Part shown: piece after piece, positions 10,623 to 19,294 of the stretch
Layout: each line of letters starts with the position of its first letter
How positions within the stretch are numbered: the stretch's first letter is position 1
Source of the DNA: an uncultured Candidatus Binatia bacterium
Lineage (GTDB): Bacteria > Desulfobacterota > Binatia > UBA9968 > CAXXLF01
Assembly (NCBI GenBank): GCA_965218425.1
Contig: OZ244621.1
Span: 2,912,001 to 2,976,000, forward strand
Length of the DNA stretch: 64,000 nucleotides
Direction: 5' to 3'
Notes under the pieces: model-generated
What the model was told of the DNA's origin: nothing
Database searches by the model: none
Seen by the model: the letters and a program-made list of their open reading frames with translations, nothing else
Position numbers and translations under genes: made by a program

Positions 10623-12059
10623 ATGGCATTAGAGGATCTAAGAACATGGCTGAGCAGCGTTGATGGCATGGGGAAGCTCAAGGTGGTTGACGGCGCCGAT
10701 CCCCACCTCGAACTCGGTATCCTGGCGGAGGTGAACTGTAAGCGCAGGGGCCCCACCCTGGTGTTCGACAATATCAAAGGCCACTCAAAAGGATTCAGAA
10801 TCGTCACCGGTGCTATTCTAGATGCCCAGAGGCTGGGACTCACCCTGGGTTTGCGCGATATTCATACGGATCAGGACCTGGTGTCGCAACTGGAGGGTAG
10901 AGTCATCCAATGGGAGAGGCGTGCCAGTGAATTTCCGGCCAACGAAGTCTCGGACGGAGCTGTCCTCGAAAATCGAGCCTATGGGAACGACGTAAACCTG
11001 CTCAAATTTCCCATTCCCAAGTGGCACGAGGATGATGGAGGGAGGTACCTCGGTACGGGCTGTATTGTCATTACCCAGGACCCCGATACCGGCGTGGTGA
11101 ACCTGGGAACCTACCGCTTGATGGTGCATGACGAGAAGACGCTGGCGTTACATATCTCCTCCGCTCATCATGGCGCGTTGAACATAAAAAAGTATCACGC
11201 CCGAGGGGAAGCGGCGCCCGTGGCCGTGTCCTTCGGGCATCATCCTTTGTTTCTCGTGCTGGGGGGGATGAGCGTACCCTACAGCATGTCCGAATACGGG
11301 TTCGTAGGGGCCATCGCCGGAAAATCGGTGCCCGTGGTGCCTGGTGAAATCACCGGGCTACCCCTTCCTGCCGAGAGTGAGTTTGCCATTGAAGGACTCT
11401 GCCCTCCCGATGAATTAAAGGAGGAGGGGCCCTACGGGGAATACACCGGCTATTACGCTTCCGGGATGGGAAAGGAGCCCGTGATTCATGTGAAAGCCCT
11501 CTACCATCGCAATGATCCCATTATCCTCGGCGCCATGCCGGCCCGTCCACCCCACGACTATTCCTATTTCATGTCGGCCATGAAGTCCGCCAACGTCAAG
11601 GATTCTCTGAATAAAGACGGAATCACCGACATCAAAGGGGTCTGGTACCACGAGGTATCGGGGATCAATTTCTTCGTCGTGGTTTCCATCCGCCAACGGT
11701 ACCCGGGTCATGCGCGGCAGGCCGGCTTTATGGCATCCCAGTGCCGCGCAGGGGGAACCTCAATGGGAAGGTACGTCGTTGTGGTGGACGAAGATATCGA
11801 TCCGAGCGATCTGGACCAGGTGGTCTGGGCCATCAGCACCCGTTCCAATCCGGAAAAAGATATCGATATCATCCGCAACACTTATACGGGCCCGCTGGAC
11901 CCCGTTTATCCCAAGAGCGCCAAGATAGCCTTTGGCTCTAGGGCCGTGATTGACGCCTGCCGGCCCTTTGATTGGATCAAGGAATTTCCCAAAGTGGTCC
12001 AATCCAGTGATGAAGAAAGGGACAGGGTCTTGAAAAAGTGGAAGGGGCTTTTTGATTGA
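10623..12059 (+). CDS. UbiD-family prFMN-dependent (de)carboxylase
   Basis: DGGRY, NLGTYR, EGPYGEYTGYY, VVVVDEDID and IDACRP motifs; RBS AAGGAG precedes ATG 10623. Confidence 0.95.
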   Translation: MALEDLRTWLSSVDGMGKLKVVDGADPHLELGILAEVNCKRRGPTLVFDNIKGHSKGFRIVTGAILDAQRLGLTLGLRDIHTDQDLVSQLEGRVIQWERRASEFPANEVSDGAVLENRAYGNDVNLLKFPIPKWHEDDGGRYLGTGCIVITQDPDTGVVNLGTYRLMVHDEKTLALHISSAHHGALNIKKYHARGEAAPVAVSFGHHPLFLVLGGMSVPYSMSEYGFVGAIAGKSVPVVPGEITGLPLPAESEFAIEGLCPPDELKEEGPYGEYTGYYASGMGKEPVIHVKALYHRNDPIILGAMPARPPHDYSYFMSAMKSANVKDSLNKDGITDIKGVWYHEVSGINFFVVVSIRQRYPGHARQAGFMASQCRAGGTSMGRYVVVVDEDIDPSDLDQVVWAISTRSNPEKDIDIIRNTYTGPLDPVYPKSAKIAFGSRAVIDACRPFDWIKEFPKVVQSSDEERDRVLKKWKGLFD

Positions 12060-12089
12060 GAAGCCAAGTTTGTTAAGGGGGTAGATTAA

Positions 12090-12818
12090 ATGGCCATACC
12101 ACCGGAGGAGCTGGTTCGGGAGTTGATGGATCAACGGCAGGATTATCGCGCTGTGCGACCCACGCGCCTGTTGATTGAGGGTGGAAAGCTCACCAGGGAT
12201 CAAATCAAGCTCTGGGTAAAACAGCTCTATTACTATCGAGTGAACGTGCCACGAAAAGAACTGTACATATTAGCCAACTGCCCCATCAGAGAGGTGAGGA
12301 TGGAGCGCATGAAGAAATACATCGAGGAGGAGGACAGCCGGGTGATGGGAGGGACCGTGGGCGCCCACGCGGAGCTGTGGGTGAAGCTCGCGGAAGGTCT
12401 GGGTATCCCAAGGGAGGAGCTGGAAGATTTCCGGGATCTCAGCCAACCTTACAAAGTGGTGTGTGACTCGTGGGTGAATTATGCCCGGGATCATAGCTGG
12501 CTGGAGGGCCTGTCTACGAGCTTTGACGAGGATACGGGCACCGGTAAAACCGGCCATGGGATGAAGATGGCCGAGGCCATGAGAAAGTATTACGGTGTCC
12601 CCGATTGGGGCCTGGCGCATTTCACGCTTCATTCCGAGATGGATGTTGAACATGGATCAGACACCCGCGATCTAATAAAAAAATATGCCATAACCGATGA
12701 GCAGCAGGAGGGCGTGCGCAAGGCGGTTCAATTCAAAAGGAGTTTCACCCTACTGGAAGATCACTGCATGCGGATCGCTTGTGGAATTGATCCCGGGTTG
12801 TACGCCGAATTGGATTGA
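12090..12818 (+). CDS. Heme-oxygenase-like (TenA/PqqC/CADD) diiron redox enzyme
   Basis: GKLTRDQIKLWVKQLYYY, EEE..GAHAELW..LAEGLG and FTLHSEMDVEH (H-x3-D-x2-H) motifs. Confidence 0.85.
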   Translation: MAIPPEELVRELMDQRQDYRAVRPTRLLIEGGKLTRDQIKLWVKQLYYYRVNVPRKELYILANCPIREVRMERMKKYIEEEDSRVMGGTVGAHAELWVKLAEGLGIPREELEDFRDLSQPYKVVCDSWVNYARDHSWLEGLSTSFDEDTGTGKTGHGMKMAEAMRKYYGVPDWGLAHFTLHSEMDVEHGSDTRDLIKKYAITDEQQEGVRKAVQFKRSFTLLEDHCMRIACGIDPGLYAELD

Positions 12819-12877
12819 GCGGTGTTAAGAATTCCGGTCGCTGACAGAAGCCAAGCTTTGGGTTCCAAGGAGGAGCT

Positions 12878-13236
12878 ATGGCGAATCGCTACGGGTCGGC
12901 GATCTTCTCTACACCAATAGCGCCCTCTGGACCGCCTCGAGCTACGACATTCCGCTATTGATGATCATGACCAACAATCGGACCTACTATAATGATGAGG
13001 AGCATCAGGCGAAGGTCGCCGTTGAACGGGGAAGGCCCCCGGAGAACAAAGGCATCGGAATGCGTATGGAGGCTCCGCCGGTTGACTTCGCGACGTTGGC
13101 AAAGTCTTTTTCCATTGCTAGCGAAGGGCCCATCGAGGATCCCGCAAAGATTCAGCCTGCAACCGGCCGCGCGCTGGAGGTGGTGAAAGAAGAACGCCGC
13201 CCCGCTCTGGCGGACGTCATAACTCAATCGCACTAG
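12878..13236 (+). pseudogene. Thiamine pyrophosphate-binding enzyme with a large internal deletion
   Basis: RBS AGGAGGAG plus MANRYGS is joined out of frame to GDLLYTNSALWTA..NNRTYY..VDFATLAKSF..PALADV. Confidence 0.8.
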
Positions 13237-13337
13237 GGGAACTTACGGGAGCCGGGTTGACCGCCATGGGAACGAAGTGATAGTTTTCGGCAGAAGCGGA
13301 AGGATCCGGTTGGAGCCAAAACGGAGGTATTATTTCC

Positions 13338-14327
13338 ATGTCCAAAGCCGAAGAACTCGCACAGTTTGATCAGGAGATACAACAGTATTCCATCCAGGGC
13401 CATTGGAAGATGGATCTTCCGAACAACATGGAGCCCCGGTCCAAGCTGCATCCCATGCTTTGGAAGGGGTCCATGATCCGTGAACAGCTCATGCGTGCCG
13501 GAGACCTCATCGGCGTGAACGAGGCGGGACGTAGGACCATTCAACTCGTCAATCCCGGAGTTCATCCGTTAAAATTTACCACCCATACGATGCAGATGTC
13601 GATTCAGTTGGTTCTGCCCGGAGAAGTGGCGACGGCACATCGTCATACCATGGCCGCCATTCGCTACGTGATTGAAGGAAAAGATACCTTCACCACGGTC
13701 AACGGCCAGCGCTTCTTGATGGAACCCGGCGATCTGATCCTTACCCCGAACTGGACCTGGCACGACCACATCAATGAATCCGACGCCCCCATGATCTGGA
13801 TCGATGGTCTTGATATTCCATTTTCCCGGGCCATGGATGTGATATTTATCGAGGAGCATGAAAAACCGCAGCAGTCTGTACAACGAGTCCTCAGGACATC
13901 AAGCGATAGCGTTGCGCCAGAGAACGGGCCTCCGTGGTATTACAAGTGGCGGGAAACCGAACAGAGCTTGAAGAAGATGGTGGATCGACCCGCAGGCGTC
14001 GACCTGGTCCAGGAGTACAAAGGTAAGAATGACGGACCCACGTTGCCTACCCTTGCATGCGGCCAGCACCTATTGCGCCAGGGTGAAGTGACCAAGACTC
14101 GCCGCCGCACTTCTACCGGCATATTTCATGTGATGCGCGGTCAGGGCAAGACGGTTGTAAATGATACCGTGCTGGAGTGGGAACGCGGGGACTTCTTCGT
14201 GGTCCCAAACTGGAGCTGGCACCACCACGAGAATCAATCGGCCAACGAGGAAGCCATCCTGTTCTTCATGTCTGATTACCCCTTGCTCGAACCCTTTGGG
14301 CTATACCGGGAAGAGTTCCAGGCTTGA
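13338..14327 (+). CDS. Gentisate 1,2-dioxygenase-like bicupin
   Basis: RRTIQLVNPG, AHRHT, GDLILTPNWTWHDH and WIDGLDIP motifs. Confidence 0.88.
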   Translation: MSKAEELAQFDQEIQQYSIQGHWKMDLPNNMEPRSKLHPMLWKGSMIREQLMRAGDLIGVNEAGRRTIQLVNPGVHPLKFTTHTMQMSIQLVLPGEVATAHRHTMAAIRYVIEGKDTFTTVNGQRFLMEPGDLILTPNWTWHDHINESDAPMIWIDGLDIPFSRAMDVIFIEEHEKPQQSVQRVLRTSSDSVAPENGPPWYYKWRETEQSLKKMVDRPAGVDLVQEYKGKNDGPTLPTLACGQHLLRQGEVTKTRRRTSTGIFHVMRGQGKTVVNDTVLEWERGDFFVVPNWSWHHHENQSANEEAILFFMSDYPLLEPFGLYREEFQA

Positions 14328-14648
14328 TTCAGTTCCCATCTCTCTTTGCGGGTGAGATTTCCGAACAACTGAACAACTGCGGGTAAGCTGTGGAAAACTG
14401 GGCTCTATCCTTGGAGGCCTGAGACCGGCATCGCATTTGTGCCGTCACCGAGCTAGTGAAAGGTTCAGGCGTAGAGGGTTTAGACTTGGGGCTTTGGTGT
14501 AAACCGCTTGGGGGTTCACATGAAGGGCAGTTGTCCATAGGCCCTAATTAACCGAAGTTTTCGGAAGCGTGCCAGGGAATGAATTGACATCAGCAAACTG
14601 GCGCCTATATCAGGGTCAGGTTAAGGGTGTCAAGGGAGTCTGAGACTG

Positions 14649-14669
14649 GGTAGTGGCTCAGTCTGAAAT
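14649..14669 (+). repeat. Probable IS1-family-like terminal inverted repeat
   Basis: GGTAGTGGCTCAGTCTGAAAT resembles GGTA(A/G)TG-starting IS1-type ends; lies at the edge of the low-GC island. Confidence 0.4.
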
Positions 14670-14716
14670 CTTAAGGGGCTGGAGTCGAAGAGACTAAGGT
14701 ATCAGGACTTGGTAGG

Positions 14717-14928
14717 TTAGGAATCTTCAAAAATGACAAGGGACTTTGTGGGGTCAATTATAAGTTTCTTCTTGAAAGCCCGTAAGAACTCCATGCCAAC
14801 CAAGATCAAACTTTCAGGTGGGCCAAGTACAATTGTGCCAACCTGATCCTCACTCTCCACTCTGGCAAAACCCCTAGCAGTCAATTGAGAACTCAACTTT
14901 CCATCAGCTAATGTTAAAGGCATTATTC
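14717..14928 (-). pseudogene. Retroviral-like (clan AA) aspartyl protease, C-terminal half, cut by IS3
   Basis: LTLADG...LILVGMEFL..F...LIID; the D(T/S)G active-site half is absent. Confidence 0.55.
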
Positions 14929-14991
14929 TGAGGCGGTCCTGGTTTGTAGGACAGGATGGCGGAAGAAATAAGGTGTATTCCGGGTAATCGA

Positions 14992-15921
14992 TCATGCCGC
15001 CAGGGTCCTGTTTAACACGTTTCGCTGTTCCGGTAGAGCCGGCAGAGGGGCAGTTGAGCTGGGGCGCTCAGGCTGCGTCCGCGGCAGCATTGCTTGTTCG
15101 TAGGCCTCGGCTGGGGTGGAGCCGGCCAAGGCAGAGTGTGGCCTCTCCCGATCATAAAAGGCGAACCAGCAAGAAATCAGGCGCTGAGCCTGGAAGCCGT
15201 CTGAGAGCTCGTGCAGGTAGACGGCCTCGTACTTGAGGGAGCGCCACAGGCGCTCGATGAAGATGTTGTCCATACACCGGCCTCTACCGTCCATAGAGAT
15301 GGCGACACGGGCGTCGTTGAGCACGGAGGTGAACTCCAGGCTGGTGAACTGGCTGCCCTGGTCGGTGTTGAAGATCTCGGGGCGGCTGTAGCGCTGGAGG
15401 GCTTCGGAGAGGGCCTCGACACAGAAGCGTGCGTCGAGGGTGTTGGAGAGCCTCCAGGAGAGCACGCGGCGGGTGGCCCAGTCCATGACCGCCACCAAGT
15501 ACAGGAAGCCGCGCTGGACCGGGATATAGGTGATGTCCGCGGTCCAGACGTGATTGGGCCGCTCGATGGCGACTCCCTTGAGCAGATAGGGATAAACCCG
15601 GTGCTCCGGATGCGGTCGGGTGGTCCGGGGTGCCTGGTAGATGGCCTGCAGACCCATCAGGCGCATCAGACGCCGCACCCGGTGGCGACCCACACGGACG
15701 CCTTCCCGCCACAGATGGCGGACCATCTGGCGGCTGCCGTAGAATGGGTAGCTCAGAAACAGCTCATCGATCCGGCGCATCAACCCAAGATTCTCTGCGC
15801 TCTCGCCCTTGGGCCTGTGGTACACCGAGGATCGGCTCACACGGAGCAGGTGGCATTGACGGCTCAAGCTGAGCTTGGGATGGCCGGGCTCGATCATCGC
15901 CCGGCGCTTCTCCCGGCTCAC
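14992..15921 (-). CDS. IS3 transposase OrfB (DDE integrase core)
   Basis: WTADITY, NTDQGSQFTS, DNIFIERLWRSLKYE and RPHSAL motifs. Confidence 0.93.
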   Translation of the reverse strand: MSREKRRAMIEPGHPKLSLSRQCHLLRVSRSSVYHRPKGESAENLGLMRRIDELFLSYPFYGSRQMVRHLWREGVRVGRHRVRRLMRLMGLQAIYQAPRTTRPHPEHRVYPYLLKGVAIERPNHVWTADITYIPVQRGFLYLVAVMDWATRRVLSWRLSNTLDARFCVEALSEALQRYSRPEIFNTDQGSQFTSLEFTSVLNDARVAISMDGRGRCMDNIFIERLWRSLKYEAVYLHELSDGFQAQRLISCWFAFYDRERPHSALAGSTPAEAYEQAMLPRTQPERPSSTAPLPALPEQRNVLNRTLAA

Positions 15922-16199
15922 CACTTGAGCCCTTTGGCCAAAAAATCCCGCTCCACCGTCAACTCCCCGATCTTCGCGTGCAGGTTCCGGATCTCCCCCT
16001 CGTGCTCCCCACGCGACCGCTCCGCCCCCTTCGAGAAGACCTCCCTCATGCCCTCCACCGCCCGCTGCTTCCAGGTGCTCACCTGGTTCGGGTGTATCTT
16101 GTGCCGCGCCGCGATCTCCTGAATCGTCTTGTCTCCGCGCAGCGCTTCCAGCGCCACCTTCGCCTTGAAGTCCCCGCTGAACCGTCGCCGTGTGCTCAT
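15918..16199 (-). CDS. IS3 transposase OrfA (HTH)
   Basis: RRFSGDFKAKVALEAL..TIQEIAARHKIHPNQVSTWK. Confidence 0.92.
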   Translation of the reverse strand: MSTRRRFSGDFKAKVALEALRGDKTIQEIAARHKIHPNQVSTWKQRAVEGMREVFSKGAERSRGEHEGEIRNLHAKIGELTVERDFLAKGLKW

Positions 16200-16266
16200 T
16201 GCGCATCCCTCCTTCAGTCGGTGGAATACACCTTAGCAACCTGTCCGTTTTTCGGGACCACCTCAT

Positions 16267-16398
16267 CTTGACGAATTTAATTTTAGGTACAACCTAAGAA
16301 AGAGCAAGGATGGCGAACGGTCTATTTTGGCAATCAAAGAGGTAAGTGGAAAACGATTGACTTACAAACAGCCAGTTGAAAAGACCACAGACAAATGA
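16267..16398 (+). pseudogene. IS1595-family transposase C-terminal fragment
   Basis: LDEFNFRYNLRK..DGER......VSGKRLTYKQ, the characteristic IS1595 C-terminus; begins 1 nt after the IS3 end. Confidence 0.88.
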
Positions 16399-16413
16399 TA
16401 CTTTTTTAAGTGA

Positions 16414-16488
16414 TGGGGCGCAGGGGGATCGAACCCCTAGTAAAGCAGATTCCAGGTCTGCTGCGTTTGCCAGTTACGCCAGCGCCCC
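16414..16488 (-). tRNA. Non-canonical tRNA, nominal anticodon UGG (Pro), with C33, A37 and G1:C72
   Basis: Cloverleaf GGGGCGC TG GCGT AACTGGCAA ACGC A GCAGA CCTGGAA TCTGC TTTACT AGGGG TTCGATC CCCCT GCGCCCC A; all four stems pair perfectly; no encoded CCA. Confidence 0.8.
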
Positions 16489-16494
16489 ATAAAA

Positions 16495-16944
16495 CTAAGC
16501 AATAATCTCTTTAAGGTCATCGTCTAGACCAAAGTTGTCTGGAAATTCCCCATCATCCACTTTCTGCTGTTGTTCAAACTCAATTAAGCCATAGGTGTTG
16601 GGTGCGGTCTTTGTAAAGATTTCTCCTTTTTTTGAGTAGCTAGCAAGGGATGCTCCAACCGATGAGCGGTTGTTTCTTGTATTTTCCTTTCCTATACCTT
16701 TGAGAATATCCTTGATGTGCATCGGCCTTCCCGACTTCGTGAGACAATCTCTGGCTTTGGCCATATTGCTGCCTTCCCGTAAAGCACGGTCAGTATCCAC
16801 CGAGCCATCTCTGGGTAAAACCTTTAAGGCCTCTTGCAGACCTTGGATAAATGCTTGTAGTTCTCGTAGCTTAGCCTCAGTTTCAGCTATTTCTTGCTTT
16901 TTTATATCTATCTTTCGTTCTAATTGGATTCGGAAATTAATCAT
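16495..16944 (-). CDS. Coiled-coil plus winged-HTH (HARE-HTH-like) protein
   Basis: N-terminal heptads, then L..SGRPMHIKDILKGI...SVGASL....KKGEIF.K.APNTYGL and an acidic tail; RBS GGAGG. Confidence 0.7.
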   Translation of the reverse strand: MINFRIQLERKIDIKKQEIAETEAKLRELQAFIQGLQEALKVLPRDGSVDTDRALREGSNMAKARDCLTKSGRPMHIKDILKGIGKENTRNNRSSVGASLASYSKKGEIFTKTAPNTYGLIEFEQQQKVDDGEFPDNFGLDDDLKEIIA

Positions 16945-17080
16945 GGCAATTCCTCCAATATGGGAGATTTACCACATTCACCGAACCATTGTCAACATTT
17001 GATGGAAAATGCTTGCGTTGTGACAACAATATGTTATCATTGCACCTGTGAGATTTTACCAAATCTAAACTGGAGGCAAT

Positions 17081-17908
17081 GTGATGGATGTAAATGAAAT
17101 CCATAAAAAGTTAGATCAAATTAAGCACATACAGGACTTGGGGCCTGAGAGAACAGTCGAATATTGGATGGCTAGGGACCTGCAAGTAATACTTGGATAT
17201 GAAGCCTGGCAGAATTTCGAATCCGTGATTGCAAGGGCGATGCATGCTTGCGAAACCAGCGGCAAGAATCCCGACAATCACTTTAATGCTACCATTAAAG
17301 AGATAAGGGCCGGGAAGGGTGCGATAGGACGACGACAGGATTACCGACTGACAAGATACGCTTGCTACCTTGTGACTATGAATGGCGATCCTAGCCAGAA
17401 ATTACAGGTTGGTCTAGCTCAAACATATTTTGCGGTGCAGACAAGGCGGCAAGAACTCGATGACCAGCTAACCTATGAACAGAAACGACTGATTCAACGC
17501 GAACGAGTAAGAAACGCGAATAAGTATTTAAGTAATGCGGCCAAGAAAGCAGGTGTAAAAAAGTTTGGCGTATTTCAGGATGCAGGCTATCGCGGTCTCT
17601 ATCAAATGAGTTATAAAGAGATCAAGCGAACAAAGGGGATTCCAGACCAGGAAAATCTTTTGGATTGTAGTGGACGGGCTGAGCTGGCTGCGAATGAATT
17701 TCGGATTACCCAAACAGAGGAACGTCTTACCAACGAGAAAATCCAAGGGGAAATGCAAGCTACAAACACCCATCATAAAGTGGGCACAAAGGTGAGGCAA
17801 ACTATCAAAGAGCTTGGCGGAACAATGCCAGAAAAACTGGTCGCTGAGCCATCAATTAAAAGATTGACCCAAAAGAAGCAAAAACAGCTACCGCCTAAAG
17901 ATGAATAA
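17081..17908 (+). CDS. dinD: DNA-damage-inducible protein D (Bro-N-like)
   Basis: EYWMARDLQ.ILGY..W.NF, LTRYACYL, AQTYFAVQTRRQE, FQDAGYRGLY and ELAANEFRITQTE motifs. Confidence 0.92.
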   Translation: MMDVNEIHKKLDQIKHIQDLGPERTVEYWMARDLQVILGYEAWQNFESVIARAMHACETSGKNPDNHFNATIKEIRAGKGAIGRRQDYRLTRYACYLVTMNGDPSQKLQVGLAQTYFAVQTRRQELDDQLTYEQKRLIQRERVRNANKYLSNAAKKAGVKKFGVFQDAGYRGLYQMSYKEIKRTKGIPDQENLLDCSGRAELAANEFRITQTEERLTNEKIQGEMQATNTHHKVGTKVRQTIKELGGTMPEKLVAEPSIKRLTQKKQKQLPPKDE

Positions 17909-18032
17909 AAAGACCACGCCACCTGATAAAGAACTCACCGAAAAGCAATTCCTCGAAGTTTTGAAGGGTTTTCTCGAAGTCAAACCAACCAAGAGAAAGC
18001 CCAAGGCAAAAAAACCCAAATCCAAGAAATAA
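17901..18032 (+). CDS. Small basic protein (43 aa)
   Basis: MNKKTTPPDKELTEKQFLEVLKGFLEVKPTKRKPKAKKPKSKK*, overlapping the dinD stop and lying near the IS1595-like end. Confidence 0.5.
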   Translation: MNKKTTPPDKELTEKQFLEVLKGFLEVKPTKRKPKAKKPKSKK

Positions 18033-18087
18033 TTATATTTCAATTACTTACCCTTTCCTGTATTGGGTTTGTGAACGGGATAAGCCA

Positions 18088-18225
18088 CAGTCTGTTAAAG
18101 GCGATAAGGACAAGGCCGTTGGCTTTAACCTAGCAGGCATCAAACAACTTCGATTTACCGATCCAGAACTGGAGTTCACCCCGGCATTGAAGCAAAACAT
18201 CGAGCGTTTCTTCAAATTGAAATAA
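18088..18225 (+). pseudogene. C-terminal remnant of an unknown gene cut by the IS1595 element
   Basis: Open frame QSVKGDKDKAVGFNLAGIKQLRFTDPELEFTPALKQNIERFFKLK* ending 13 bp before mrr. Confidence 0.5.
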
Positions 18226-18238
18226 AAGGACTACTTCC

Positions 18239-19294
18239 ATGGCGATCTGGTTAATCCGTGCCGGTTCCCACGGCGAATACGAGCAGAAGTTCATTCAGGA
18301 AAACCGTGTTTATGTGACTTGGGACAGACTCGATGTAGACCTCACCAAGCTCCAGCAAAAGGCCGATTTGACAGCAGCGATGACCGAGCGCTACCCGGAC
18401 AGAAAGCCCAAGACGATTCAGAATTGGGTGAGCCAAGTCTGGCCCTTCGCGCATGAAATGATGAAAGGCGATTTGGTCGTGTTGCCGCTCAAGTCGCAGC
18501 CCGCCATCCAGATTGCCGAGATTACCGGTGACTATCACTTCGAACCTTCTGGACCCGACCCATACTTTCATTGGCGACCCGTGAAGTGGATTGCAGAGGC
18601 CGTGCCGCGCGCCAATTTCGGCCAGGACTTGCTCTATACCTTCGGTGCCTTTATGGCCATCTGCCGGGTCCAACGCAACAATGCAGAGCAACGCATGGCC
18701 GCCATGCAGACGAACGGATGGAAACCTGAAACCATCCAACCCATCTACAAACCATCCAACATATCTACCAAAACCGCGGTGCCGGGCACGGAAGAACTGC
18801 CCGAAGACAGTGACCTTGAAGAACTCGCCCGCGACCAGATCGCTCAGCTCATCGCAGCGCGATTCAAGGGCCACGGACTCACGCGACTGGTCGAAGCTAT
18901 CCTCAAAATCCAGGGTTACACCACCTATCGCAGCGCGGAAGGCCCCGACGGTGGCGTGGATATTATCGCGGGTGCCGGGCCACTCGGCTTCGGGAAGCCG
19001 CGACTCTGCGTCGAAGTGAAATCAGAGAGCGGCCCTATCGACCGCCCGACGGTAGACAAACTGTTGGGCGCGGTTACTAAATTCGGAGCGGACGAAGGCT
19101 TATTCATCTCATGGAGCGGCTTCAAGGGCAACGTGCAGAAGGAACTCGCTGCCAGCTTCTTTCGTGTGCGGCTGTGGACGCAGAAAGAACTACTTGAGCA
19201 ACTATTTACCCACTACGACCACCTGGACGAAGACCTTAAGGCCGAATTGCCTTTGAAAAGAATTTGGACCGTGGCCGTGCAGGACAAAGAATAA
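18239..19294 (+). CDS. mrr: Mrr-family (Type IV) restriction endonuclease
   Basis: N-terminal WLIRAG..G / GDLVVLP domain; C-terminal DGGVDI..VEVKS Mrr catalytic motif. Confidence 0.88.
   Translation: MAIWLIRAGSHGEYEQKFIQENRVYVTWDRLDVDLTKLQQKADLTAAMTERYPDRKPKTIQNWVSQVWPFAHEMMKGDLVVLPLKSQPAIQIAEITGDYHFEPSGPDPYFHWRPVKWIAEAVPRANFGQDLLYTFGAFMAICRVQRNNAEQRMAAMQTNGWKPETIQPIYKPSNISTKTAVPGTEELPEDSDLEELARDQIAQLIAARFKGHGLTRLVEAILKIQGYTTYRSAEGPDGGVDIIAGAGPLGFGKPRLCVEVKSESGPIDRPTVDKLLGAVTKFGADEGLFISWSGFKGNVQKELAASFFRVRLWTQKELLEQLFTHYDHLDEDLKAELPLKRIWTVAVQDKE

Larger units (their letters stand above)
14929..16265 (-). mobile_element. IS3-family insertion sequence (1337 bp)
   Basis: IRs TGAGGCGGTCCTGGTTTGTAGGACAG and (rc) TGAGGTGGTCCCGAAAAACGGACAG; orfA plus DDE orfB; no target-site duplication. 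Confidence 0.95.
16266..18086 (+). mobile_element. Decapitated IS1595-family element with passenger genes
   Basis: Transposase C-terminus, cargo genes, small basic ORF and candidate right end ...GTGAACGGGATAAGCC (rc GGCTTATCCC...). Confidence 0.65.

Noticed and set aside
12090..12818. pqqC of PQQ biosynthesis
   Set aside because: No other pqq genes are present, and it has diiron-type ligands, unlike cofactor-free PqqC.
14992..16266. 424-aa single transposase ORF from the track
   Set aside because: Its start lies in the IR; the real organisation is orfA plus orfB.
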